Shown here piece after piece: positions 40,554-49,660 of a DNA stretch of 64,000 bases (position 1 is its first letter; each line of letters starts with the position of its first letter). The position numbers and the translations under genes are program-made. This DNA comes from Deltaproteobacteria bacterium (GTDB lineage Bacteria > Myxococcota_A > Polyangia > Polyangiales > Houyiibacteriaceae), in the NCBI GenBank assembly GCA_034670305.1, contig JAXMNT010000001.1, forward strand, positions 306,970 through 370,969. The letters are read 5' to 3'. Under the pieces are notes generated by a model. That model saw nothing but the letters and a program-made list of their open reading frames with translations. It was not told the DNA's origin and made no database searches.

Positions 40554-41036
40554 ACGGATGTCGCGGAGGTGCCATTCGGTGATGGCCATGGTCACCCGCG
40601 CGATGTCGACTGGTTTTGCGAGCAGGCGGTCTCCGCCGTAGCGGCGCAACTCCGTCTCTGCGTACTGCTCGGCCCGCTGACTCACGAGCAGGATCGGAAC
40701 ATCCAGGGCGGGCAGGCTGCGCGCGAACGGTGGCAATGCTTTGTCGGGGACCCGCTGCCGCAGGATCCGCGTGAGGAGGATTCCGTCGAGCACCGATCCA
40801 GGCAAGTCGATGTCGAGAAGCACCGCCACCAGATCGGCGCCGTAGGTACGGATCAACTCGCAGGCTTCCCGATCGTGGTCCGCGCGCAGCAAGCGGTACG
40901 CGCGTCGCAGGTTGTCCCCTGCGACCTGCCAGCTCTGGTCGTCGACATCCACGTAGAGCACGAGCGCACGCCCATCCACTTCGGTGGCGGGCGGTGCGGT
41001 CCAGCCGGGCGCCGGCGATCGAACGTCAGTCGTCAT
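40551..41036 (-). CDS. Single-domain response regulator receiver
   Basis: VLYVDVDD, LLDIDLPG..DG, ILLVS, LLAKP. Confidence 0.8.
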   Translation of the reverse strand: MTTDVRSPAPGWTAPPATEVDGRALVLYVDVDDQSWQVAGDNLRRAYRLLRADHDREACELIRTYGADLVAVLLDIDLPGSVLDGILLTRILRQRVPDKALPPFARSLPALDVPILLVSQRAEQYAETELRRYGGDRLLAKPVDIARVTMAITEWHLRDIR

Positions 41037-42621
41037 GGTCGATGCCGATCGGGCGAATCGTCAGGAGCCGAACGGTCGCGGTACCGGCCTCTTCGTCGGG
41101 TTCGTCCATCTTGGTGCGGTCGTCTTCGTCCCAAAGCGGAAGCTCGACGCTCTCGGACATGGGCGCGTCGTCCGCGGCCTCCACGGGTTCTTCCGCGGGC
41201 GAGGGTCCGGAACTCATCCGGAGGGTCGGGGTGCCGGCTGGGATCCGAGACGAAGGCGGAAGGCCGTCTTCGATCAGCTTCTGGATCGACTTCGGCATGA
41301 CGATGTCCGGCATCGTCGCGTCCACCGGCAGGTCGACCACGGCGGTGACCTCGTCGTTGAATGCGGCCAAGGGCAATTCGGAAGAGGGCACCGGTTTGGT
41401 CACCTCCTCGAACGAGCCGACACGGGCGGCGGCGGCCCGCTCGAGCGCCTCGACGTCAACCGGTTTCGGCGGGACCGGGGTCTGCGGTCGGCTCGCCTCG
41501 CGCAAGGCCTCCGAGATGTCGACCGATTTGGTCTCGTCTTCGAAGACGCGCATGGGATCTGCCATGCGGGTCACCTCGTCGGTGACCGCGGGTCCGGGCG
41601 GGACCATGTCCTTCTTGAGGCCCTCCGATCCCAGCCGACCGATGGCCGTCTTGGACGCGAACACCGGCAAGCCGATCGCTTTGTCCAGGTCGGCTCGGCT
41701 TTCCGTGGCAGCTCCGGGCGGCGGCTCCATCGGGGGCGGCGGAAAACTTCGATCGACGACGGGCAACCCTTCGAGGACCCGCATCACGCCGCGCACCGCG
41801 TCCAGCAGGTCGTGCGTCTCCGATTCACCCGGACGCTGTTGCAGGAGTTTGGTGTAGATGCTGCGCGCGCCTTTGAGGTTGAGCATGCGCAACTGCATCG
41901 CGGCCGCCGGACGTCCGAACACCGGGATCGTTTTGGCCGACATCACATCGAGCCCCACGCCGCTGTCGCGTTCTTCGATCAAACGGGCCAGGAACTCGGC
42001 CACCGCCGGCGCATCGACATCGGTCGGGTGGGTTTCGGCGAACTCGAGCGCGCCGGCCCGCATCTTCTCGAGGCTCCGCTCACTGACGCCCCGTTGGAGT
42101 ACCGTGGCGAGCTCGGAGGAGCTCGCTTCGACCGGTTCTTCGGGCGCGCTCTGCGCATTGTCGAGAAGCATCCAGCGCAAGAGCGCGAGCCGCCGCTCGG
42201 CCCATATCGGAAGCGCGGACTCGCGGCGTCGATCTTCCAGGGTGGTCAACGCGACGGACGCCGCACCCCGAAGCAGGTGCCGGTGCGCCAACACGAACGG
42301 CTCTTCCGCGTGGGCGGGCACCGGCGCCAACAGTTCCCCCAGGACGGTGGCCCACTCGGCGGCGGGTCCACCGAAGTCGAGGCCGGCGAGGAGCGCGAGC
42401 GCTTCGACCAACATGCCTTCCCGGATCCACGCGTCGACGATTGGGAGCTCGAGTGCCGGGCCGGTGGCGGGCACCGATCCCTGCTCGAGCTCACGCAGGA
42501 GGGCGCGCGCCGGTCCGTGCGCTGGGTCCCGGGCGAGCGTGCCACGCAACACCAACTCCGCTTCGCGAACCGATCCGCGGGCGGCCAAGGTTCGGGCTGC
42601 ATCTACGGGCTCAACGGTCAT
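41026..42621 (-). CDS. Hypothetical helical/TPR-like protein with Pro/acidic low-complexity tail
   Basis: Long ORF in operon; TPR-like segments. Confidence 0.65.
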   Translation of the reverse strand: MTVEPVDAARTLAARGSVREAELVLRGTLARDPAHGPARALLRELEQGSVPATGPALELPIVDAWIREGMLVEALALLAGLDFGGPAAEWATVLGELLAPVPAHAEEPFVLAHRHLLRGAASVALTTLEDRRRESALPIWAERRLALLRWMLLDNAQSAPEEPVEASSSELATVLQRGVSERSLEKMRAGALEFAETHPTDVDAPAVAEFLARLIEERDSGVGLDVMSAKTIPVFGRPAAAMQLRMLNLKGARSIYTKLLQQRPGESETHDLLDAVRGVMRVLEGLPVVDRSFPPPPMEPPPGAATESRADLDKAIGLPVFASKTAIGRLGSEGLKKDMVPPGPAVTDEVTRMADPMRVFEDETKSVDISEALREASRPQTPVPPKPVDVEALERAAAARVGSFEEVTKPVPSSELPLAAFNDEVTAVVDLPVDATMPDIVMPKSIQKLIEDGLPPSSRIPAGTPTLRMSSGPSPAEEPVEAADDAPMSESVELPLWDEDDRTKMDEPDEEAGTATVRLLTIRPIGIDHDD

Positions 42622-42669
42622 CGTGTGCGTGCCGAAGGGTCGAACACCCCCCCGGGCGCGTCGAGCGTA

Positions 42670-43302
42670 TCAGCGTGCTCCGTACTGCACCAATCTCCGG
42701 GGACTTCCACTGGGCAGGGCGTACGCGAGTTGCCGCTGCAACGTCCAGCGTTCATCGCTCGGCGCCTCGTTCTGACCGAGCAGCACGAGGCAGACATCCG
42801 ACATGCCCACCGCGCGGTCGAGCCACTCGGCAGGCGCGAAGGTGGCGCGGGACAACGCCACATCGAACGTCGCGGCGTCTTCCGCCGGTGGTTCCTCGAC
42901 CCTCACCCGCGTGGCCAGCCCCAGCGCGCCCGCGGCGTGACGCATGAACGCGAGCCGTTTTCGACGCAGTTCGCGCAGCACGAACGTGCGGGATGGACTC
43001 AGCAGCGCGAGCGGGATGGACGGTGCGCCGGCACCGGCGCCCACGTCCACCCAGCGCTCCTTGCGCGCGTCGGGGGTCCCCCCGTCTTCCATGAAGAGGT
43101 GCAGGTGAAAGGCGTCGACGAACAGCACTTCGAGGAGCTGGTCGACCGACGCGCCGGCCACCAGATCGGTCTTTCGGCCCCACTGGCTCACGAGCTCCGC
43201 GAACCGAAGCAACCCCTCGCGCTGCTCGGCGGTCAACCGGAGCGCGGAGGGAATCATCGGGTCGAGGGCGGCGCCATGGCGTTTGGCGTCGAAGACGATC
43301 AC
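42670..43302 (-). CDS. rsmG: 16S rRNA m7G527 methyltransferase (RsmG/GidB family)
   Basis: W..KTDLV, VDVGAGAGAPSIPL, E.RRKRLAF, SRA. Confidence 0.82.
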   Translation of the reverse strand: MIVFDAKRHGAALDPMIPSALRLTAEQREGLLRFAELVSQWGRKTDLVAGASVDQLLEVLFVDAFHLHLFMEDGGTPDARKERWVDVGAGAGAPSIPLALLSPSRTFVLRELRRKRLAFMRHAAGALGLATRVRVEEPPAEDAATFDVALSRATFAPAEWLDRAVGMSDVCLVLLGQNEAPSDERWTLQRQLAYALPSGSPRRLVQYGAR

Positions 43303-44018
43303 TCCCGGATCACCTCGACCGTGGTGCCGCCGTCGCCGGGCTCGGCGTTCTGGGCAGGGAGGTTGGCGCGGCGGTCCTCACAGAACCCCGACCAGGTGCG
43401 CAGGCCGGCGCGGCGCCGTCCGTTGAGGTGGCACGCGCGGTACGCGCGATTGGCATGGTCCAGGTAAGGCGTGGCCTGCGACTGCACGATCTCGCGGTAG
43501 ATGGTCGCGATGTCCGGCTCGTTCGCGAGCTCGCGAGGCACCGGCACGTTGAGCAGGATGCGCGCGAGGTCTTCGTACATCAGGCCGACGAGCGCCCCGG
43601 CCCAGACCCGCTGGCGGTGGTTCTCTTCCGCCGCGACGTTCAACTCCGAGCGGGCGGCTTCGACCAGCGCGTTCTTCTGTTCCAGCCAGCGACGCAGCTC
43701 GGACTCCGACCATTGTTCGACTTCGCGGTGCGACCCGCCGGCCGGCGGTGGATGCGGGGGCGCGAGCTGGAAACTCTGCTCGGTGAGCAGCCACGCGAAC
43801 TCCATCTTCTCCGTGAAGCGCCCCGGGTCGTGGTCGGGAAGCGCTTCCATGCTCGGCGGCGCGAACGCGTCTCCGGGACCGGTCGGGCCCGGGGTCTGCG
43901 TCCCCGCACACGCGGTCAGGGCGACCATCGCCGCCCCGACGAGCAAGGCGGATCCGAACCCGCAGACCGATCCAAGCCAGTGAACCGACGAGCGCACAGG
44001 CTGAGCATACACCGTCAT
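43299..44018 (-). CDS. Hypothetical lipoprotein
   Basis: LTAC lipobox; helical body; stop/start overlaps with neighbours. Confidence 0.7.
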   Translation of the reverse strand: MTVYAQPVRSSVHWLGSVCGFGSALLVGAAMVALTACAGTQTPGPTGPGDAFAPPSMEALPDHDPGRFTEKMEFAWLLTEQSFQLAPPHPPPAGGSHREVEQWSESELRRWLEQKNALVEAARSELNVAAEENHRQRVWAGALVGLMYEDLARILLNVPVPRELANEPDIATIYREIVQSQATPYLDHANRAYRACHLNGRRRAGLRTWSGFCEDRRANLPAQNAEPGDGGTTVEVIRE

Positions 44019-44860
44019 GCGCAGGCCGAGGTGAAGGCCGCCGCCGCTTGCTCCACGCCCCCGTACCGTTCGGCCCGTTTGGCCGCCATCGCTTGGTGGA
44101 CGACCTGTGCGACCGCCAGCGGTACGTCCGGACAGAGGCTCTCGAGGGCGATGCCCTGCCCGAGTACGATCTGGTAGAGCAGCTTGCCAGGGTTGCGCTC
44201 CGAAAACGGGATGTCGCCGGCCAGCGCCTGGAACATCAGCACACCGAGCGCGTAGATGTCGATGCTGTCGCTGACCTCTTCACTGCCGGTCAGAAGCTCC
44301 GGGGCCATGTAGATCGGGGTGCCGATGACTTCGCCGGTTCGGGTCAGTCGATCGAGCCCGAGCACCTTGGAGGTGCCGAAGTCGACGAGCTTGGCCCGGA
44401 CCGCATCCCCCTCGGCGATGAGGAACACGTTGCCAGGCTTGAGGTCGCCGTGGATCACGCCGTGGGCGTGGGCGGCAGCGAGACCGGCGCCGATGTCCTC
44501 GACGATCGGCTGGAGTTGCGCCGGGGTGAGCCTTCCCAGGCGTTCGATGTGGGCTTCCAGGGTCTCGCCTTCGAGCAGCTCCATCACCGTGAACGACCGA
44601 CCGAGCGCATCGGTCCCGACGTCGAAGACCCGGACGACGGAAGGATGGCTCAGCGCTTGGAGAATCGAGCCTTCCCGCTTGAATCGGCGGTGCATCTCCT
44701 TCTCGTGGGCGAGCTCCGGGTGAAGAAACTTCACCGCCACTGGCCGCTGCATCTTCTCGTCGATGGCGTGGAAGACCGCGCCCATCCCGCCGGCCGCGAG
44801 CTTGCCCACGACGCGGTAACGCTCCGCGAAGAGCTCTCCAGGCTCGGGGAGGGGGGTCAC
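44015..44860 (-). CDS. Stand-alone Ser/Thr kinase domain
   Basis: GGMGAV, VAVK, HGDLKPGN, DFG, GTPIYMAPE. Confidence 0.92.
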   Translation of the reverse strand: MTPLPEPGELFAERYRVVGKLAAGGMGAVFHAIDEKMQRPVAVKFLHPELAHEKEMHRRFKREGSILQALSHPSVVRVFDVGTDALGRSFTVMELLEGETLEAHIERLGRLTPAQLQPIVEDIGAGLAAAHAHGVIHGDLKPGNVFLIAEGDAVRAKLVDFGTSKVLGLDRLTRTGEVIGTPIYMAPELLTGSEEVSDSIDIYALGVLMFQALAGDIPFSERNPGKLLYQIVLGQGIALESLCPDVPLAVAQVVHQAMAAKRAERYGGVEQAAAAFTSACA

Positions 44861-45208
44861 TGGCCCACCATACTGCCCCAGCCCTTCCCAGCAAAAGTTC
44901 CCCGCGTCGCGCAGCCACCACGGGCACCGGTACTGCCAGCAGGCGCTTTTCAGCGCCGACTGGAAGAAAAGTGGGAATGGGTCCGGCAGCCAGCCGTTGA
45001 ACCACTGAACCTCGCGGGCGTGAGCGACCCCCTCTCCCACCCTCATCCGTGCCACCCACACGGAGTTGCTCCGCCCGCGGCGGTTCGAACCTATCGGGAT
45101 CCCGTGAACGCGTTCGATGCCCCAGTCCGAGTGCGCAACCCAGGCGCGCGGAGGTTCGCGGCCTGCGGCTTGCCCTCCTCACATCGGGCTGTATGCTCCC
45201 GGGGTTCG

Positions 45209-45721
45209 ATGGCTTCTCGCCTCCTCTACACGTTCGCGCTCCTCTCGTTCGGCACCTCGGTGGCCGCAGCGGATGCCGACGTGAGCGACGCGGAGGCTCA
45301 GAGCGTCGAAGCGTGCACCTGTCTCGTTGGCCTCTTGCCGGCCACCAACGAGAGCATCGCGCCGGAGGCGGAGAGCTTCTCTGCTGCCCTCGCCCGCGCG
45401 TCGTTCGATCCCGAAGTCGGCGCCGTCACCTTTGGGGACGCCGCGCTCTCGCTTCCGGTCGACGCGATCACCAGCTTCGTGCCGGACGCCGTTCCGACCA
45501 CGCCCGAGCGGGTGCTCTGGTGTGAGGACAGCGACGACCCACGCTGCTCTCAGGATGCGGGCCAGCCCGACGCGAGCCAGCTCGCTTTCCCTGGACCGGC
45601 CATGGGTTCGAGCGAGACCCAAGACGACCCGCGCCTCGGTGCGGTGACGAACGGCCAGCGCGCCCACCTCGGTGGTGCCGCAGGCGTTCTTCGAACCCTG
45701 GACCGCCCGCCTCGCGGCTGA
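45209..45721 (+). CDS. Hypothetical secreted protein
   Basis: Signal peptide; WCEDSDDPRC; C-terminal LDRPPR. Confidence 0.6.
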   Translation: MASRLLYTFALLSFGTSVAAADADVSDAEAQSVEACTCLVGLLPATNESIAPEAESFSAALARASFDPEVGAVTFGDAALSLPVDAITSFVPDAVPTTPERVLWCEDSDDPRCSQDAGQPDASQLAFPGPAMGSSETQDDPRLGAVTNGQRAHLGGAAGVLRTLDRPPRG

Positions 45722-45966
45722 CGCACACGCTCGAACAGGTCCGAATGCATTGGTGCGTTTCGGAGGTGGTCGGGCGCGTGCTGCGCGATGGCAACGTGCG
45801 CTGGCATCCGGTTCGACCGGATGCGGTGATCTGCGCCATCCGCCGGTTCCACCGAACGGGATGTCTCTCTCCACGCCTCGCAACCGCGAGGGACGAGGGG
45901 GCGGCCTCGTTCACACATTTCGAGTCAACCCGCGCGGAACAGGTCCGTGCGTTTAGGAGAACAATC

Positions 45967-48024
45967 ATGAGTCGAGGCTCAGCAATTATCGCGATCATGG
46001 TCGCGTTCGTGGGTGGGTTTGCCATTGGGCAGGTCACTTCGGACGGCGGCGGTGATGAAGAAGTCGCAAACGTCGAAGTCACCGGAGACGGAGAACGCGC
46101 TGGCGCCCTTGGGGCCGCCGGTCCCGCGCCCTCCGAAGCCGGCGACGTCGAACGCTTTCGCGTGCCCGTCACCAACCAGCCGAGCAAAGGCCCGGCCGAT
46201 GCGCTCGTGACCATCGTCGAATGGTCCGAGTTCCAGTGCCCCTTCTGCTCCCGAGTGCTCCCGACCCAGTCGCGGATCATGAACGAGTACGAAGGCCGCG
46301 TCCGCTTCGTCTGGCGCAACAACCCGCTCCCCTTCCACCAGGAAGCCACCCCCGCCGCGATCGCGGCGATGGAGGCCTACGAACAGGGCGGCAACGACAA
46401 GTTCTGGCAGATGCACGACTTGCTCTTCGAGAACCAGCGCGCCCTCACGCGGGCCGATCTCGAGCGCTACGCGACCCAGGTCGGTCTCGACATGGGTCAG
46501 TTCCGCGCAGCCCTCGACAACGAGGAGCACAAGGACGCCATCCAAGAGGACCAGGCCCTCGCGGCGCGCCTCGGCGCACGCGGCACCCCCGGCTTCTTCA
46601 TCAACGGTCGTCAGCTCATGGGCGCCCAGCCCTACGAGCGCTTCAAAGAAGTGATCGACGACGAGATCCGCCGCGCCCAGCAGCTGGTCGAAGGCGGCAC
46701 GCCGGCGGCGCAGGTCTACGCGGCGATCACCCGCGGTGGCCGCACCTCGGCCGCTCCTCCGGCCGCAGCGGCGGACGCCCCGGCGCAACCCGCGCGTCGG
46801 CAGCCGGACCCGGCCGCCATCTACAAGGTCGAAGTCCAGGGTGAGAACCCGCAGCGTGGACCGAACGACGCCCTCGTGACGATCGTCGAGTTCAGTGACT
46901 TCGAGTGCCCCTTCTGTGGTCGCGTCGAACCGACTGTGAACTCGATCCTCGAGGAGTACGGCCGCGACGTCCGCGTCATCTGGCAGAACAACCCGCTTCC
47001 CTTCCACCAGAACGCCGGTCCGGCCGCCATGGCCATGCTCGAAGCGTTCGACCAGGGTGGGTCGGAGAAGGCGTGGCAGATGCACGCCATCCTCTTCGAG
47101 AACCAGCGCGCCTTGTCGCGTTCGGACCTCGAAGGCTACGCGCAGCGGATCGGCCTCAACATGGCCCAGTTCCGTTCGGCGCTCGACAACAACGAGCACC
47201 AAGCGGCGATCGACCGCCAGCAGCAACTCGCCCGTGGCCTCGGCGCCACCGGCACCCCCGCGTTCTTCATCAACGGCCGCAACCTTCGTGGTGCGCAGCC
47301 GCTCGATCGCTTCAAGGCGGTCATCGACGAAGAGCTCACCCGCGCCCGCGCGCTCGTCGCCGCGGGCACGCCCCGCAGCCGCGTGTACGCCGCCGCCATC
47401 GCGGACGGACACACCGAGCAGCAGTTCCTCCCGGGTGGCCCGGCGCCCGCCGCTGCGCCCACCCCGGCCGCACCGCCGCCCGATCAGGTCTACGAGATCC
47501 CCGTGCCGCGGAACGCGCCTGGCAAGGGCGCCCGCAACGCGCGCGTCGTCATCCAGGAGTTCAGCGACTACCAGTGCCCCTTCTGCAGCCGTGTGAACCC
47601 GACCATCGCGCAGGTGATGGAAGAGTACGGCACCCAGGTCCGCATCATCTGGCGCGACTACCCGCTCCCCTTCCACCAGCAGGCCGGCCCCGCCGCGCAG
47701 GCTGCGCGTGAAGTGTTCCGTCAGCGCGGCGACGAAGGGTTCTGGGCCTACCACGACCTCCTCTTCGCCAACCAGCGGGCCCTCGAGCGCGCCAACCTCG
47801 AGGCGTACGCCCAGCAGGTCGGTGGTGTGAACATGGCGCAGTTCCGCGCCGCCCTCGACAACGAGACCCACAAGGCCGCTGTGGAAGCCGACATGGAAGC
47901 CGTGCGTTCCGCCGGTGCCCGCATCGGCACGCCCAGCTTCTTCATCAACGGTCGCCTCCTCCAGGGTGCCCAGCCGTTCGAGGCGTTCAAGACCGCCATC
48001 GACCGCGCGCTCGAAGAGCTCTAG
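45967..48024 (+). CDS. Membrane-anchored protein with three tandem DsbA/thioredoxin domains
   Basis: Three CPFC motifs, each followed by PLPFH and GTP.FFING..GAQP; AGGAG RBS. Confidence 0.93.
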   Translation: MSRGSAIIAIMVAFVGGFAIGQVTSDGGGDEEVANVEVTGDGERAGALGAAGPAPSEAGDVERFRVPVTNQPSKGPADALVTIVEWSEFQCPFCSRVLPTQSRIMNEYEGRVRFVWRNNPLPFHQEATPAAIAAMEAYEQGGNDKFWQMHDLLFENQRALTRADLERYATQVGLDMGQFRAALDNEEHKDAIQEDQALAARLGARGTPGFFINGRQLMGAQPYERFKEVIDDEIRRAQQLVEGGTPAAQVYAAITRGGRTSAAPPAAAADAPAQPARRQPDPAAIYKVEVQGENPQRGPNDALVTIVEFSDFECPFCGRVEPTVNSILEEYGRDVRVIWQNNPLPFHQNAGPAAMAMLEAFDQGGSEKAWQMHAILFENQRALSRSDLEGYAQRIGLNMAQFRSALDNNEHQAAIDRQQQLARGLGATGTPAFFINGRNLRGAQPLDRFKAVIDEELTRARALVAAGTPRSRVYAAAIADGHTEQQFLPGGPAPAAAPTPAAPPPDQVYEIPVPRNAPGKGARNARVVIQEFSDYQCPFCSRVNPTIAQVMEEYGTQVRIIWRDYPLPFHQQAGPAAQAAREVFRQRGDEGFWAYHDLLFANQRALERANLEAYAQQVGGVNMAQFRAALDNETHKAAVEADMEAVRSAGARIGTPSFFINGRLLQGAQPFEAFKTAIDRALEEL

Positions 48025-48069
48025 CCACCCGCGAACCCTTCGGGGTTCAAGAACCCTCGGGTTCCACCA

Positions 48070-48105
48070 GAAAGGGCTCCGCCAACGCGGGGCCCTTTCC
48101 TAATT
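48070..48105 (+). terminator. Terminator-like hairpin (two small hairpins at 48033-48064 precede it)
   Basis: GAAAGGGCTCCGC-CAAC-GCGGGGCCCTTTC. Confidence 0.65.
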
Positions 48106-48132
48106 GTGCGCAGGCCCCCGGAGCCACTTCGG

Positions 48133-48813
48133 TCAGTAACCTTCGGGGACTTCCAAAGGTGCGTCGGGTTCGGGCACCGGGGGCAGCGCGTCGACATCTT
48201 CTTCGTCCAGTACGTCTTCGTCCGGCGCGTTGTCTGCGTCGGGCGGCGGCATGATGCGGCAGAGTCCGAAGTGGCAGCGAACCTCCCCGGTGCAGGACGC
48301 CCGCTCTGGGGCATCGCCACCCGCCGTCCCGGTGACGCATTCGCCACCGGTGGCGCACAGCCGCGCAGACACCGCATCGGCTTCGTCGATGTGGACCGCG
48401 ACCGCGACTCCGCCCGCCGCGCAGCTGCAACAGTCCGCCGCGACACGGACACACTCGCGATCCGCTTCGCAGCTGATCTCGCCCGGATCCAGTTCGACGC
48501 CCTCGGCCATCGGAAGGGGCTCCCCCCGCCGGCCGGTCATCATCGCCAGTTCGCTCGCTTCGAAGTTGCCGTCCGTTTCGAGACGACCCGGTTCTTCGAC
48601 CCACTCGCCGGTGTCGTTGCGCCGCCGGCCGCGCCGCCGCTGCACCCGCTTCTCGACCGCAGACGCGACGACCGCGGCCGCGACCCCCGCCGCCGCGCGC
48701 AACGCGAGCTCCCCCAACCCTCGGCCGCCGCCCCCACATCCGGGCGCCACGAGCGAGAGCACGACTGCGGAGACGACCGCTGCATTCCGAAGTGGCGCTC
48801 GCGAGGGAGACAT
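48133..48813 (-). CDS. Hypothetical Cys-rich lipoprotein
   Basis: VAPGC lipobox; C..D.EC..CCSC..C domain. Confidence 0.6.
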   Translation of the reverse strand: MSPSRAPLRNAAVVSAVVLSLVAPGCGGGGRGLGELALRAAAGVAAAVVASAVEKRVQRRRGRRRNDTGEWVEEPGRLETDGNFEASELAMMTGRRGEPLPMAEGVELDPGEISCEADRECVRVAADCCSCAAGGVAVAVHIDEADAVSARLCATGGECVTGTAGGDAPERASCTGEVRCHFGLCRIMPPPDADNAPDEDVLDEEDVDALPPVPEPDAPLEVPEGY

Positions 48814-48814
48814 C

Positions 48815-49657
48815 TCAGCGCCAGATCCCGTCGTCGATCGCCGTTCCGTCCGCACCACGATACACATACGTCCAAGCCGGCCGGCTGCTTCCGCCGAGCG
48901 ACGCCGTTGCGATGGTTCGTACGTACATCGAGCCCTCCAGGTCCTCCCAGCCGAGAAAGTCTTCGACCTCGTCGACCTCTTGCAAGAGTGCGTCGAGCTC
49001 CGCGAACGACCAGAGTTCTCCCACCACCGCGCTCGATCCACCCTGAACGAGGCCTGGGTACGCGCCCAGATCCACGAGCCGTCCCTGTACCGACGCAGGC
49101 TCGATCTGGAGCGGCTGGTACGCCTCGAGGATCGGCGCCCGGCAGAAGCCAGCCTTGAGCGTTCCGTAGACGAACAGCGCGCCGGGCCTGGATCGCGCCG
49201 CGACCCCAAGCGCAGCGGCCTCCGCCACCGAGTCGTCGATGCCCCACGCTCGACACCCTGCGCGCACCGTCTCCACATACGCCCGAGACGGCGCCACGAA
49301 CCGCGCCTGCCGATGCGCCGACGTCACCCGGTAGGTCGTGGCGTGACACCAAGCGCCGTCCTGCAACGCGACACACTCAAACCGCTCGTAGCGGGAAGGC
49401 GCGCCCTCCTTGGCGTCGAGCAAGTCGAAGTCGGGGACCTCGAAGAGCCCGCCTGGAACACTGGCACCACGGTGCGGGATCACATCGAGCGCGCCGCCGT
49501 CCCGCGCGGCCGAGTGGTAGTGGTACGTCAGGGTGTGGTCCGGGAGTTCGGCCGGGCCGACCCAGCGCCAGCTCGGCCGTTCTCGGTTTCGTGCGGCGCA
49601 CCACCGAGCCACGTCTTCGGTCGCGAGGTTCGATCCGTACGCGAAGTAGAGCGGCAC
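48815..49657 (-). CDS. Tandem gamma-glutamylcyclotransferase (GGCT/AIG2-like) domains
   Basis: YFAYGSNL..LDAKEG and LFVYGTLK..YPGL..DEVE. Confidence 0.87.
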   Translation of the reverse strand: MPLYFAYGSNLATEDVARWCAARNRERPSWRWVGPAELPDHTLTYHYHSAARDGGALDVIPHRGASVPGGLFEVPDFDLLDAKEGAPSRYERFECVALQDGAWCHATTYRVTSAHRQARFVAPSRAYVETVRAGCRAWGIDDSVAEAAALGVAARSRPGALFVYGTLKAGFCRAPILEAYQPLQIEPASVQGRLVDLGAYPGLVQGGSSAVVGELWSFAELDALLQEVDEVEDFLGWEDLEGSMYVRTIATASLGGSSRPAWTYVYRGADGTAIDDGIWR

Positions 49658-49660
49658 CGC

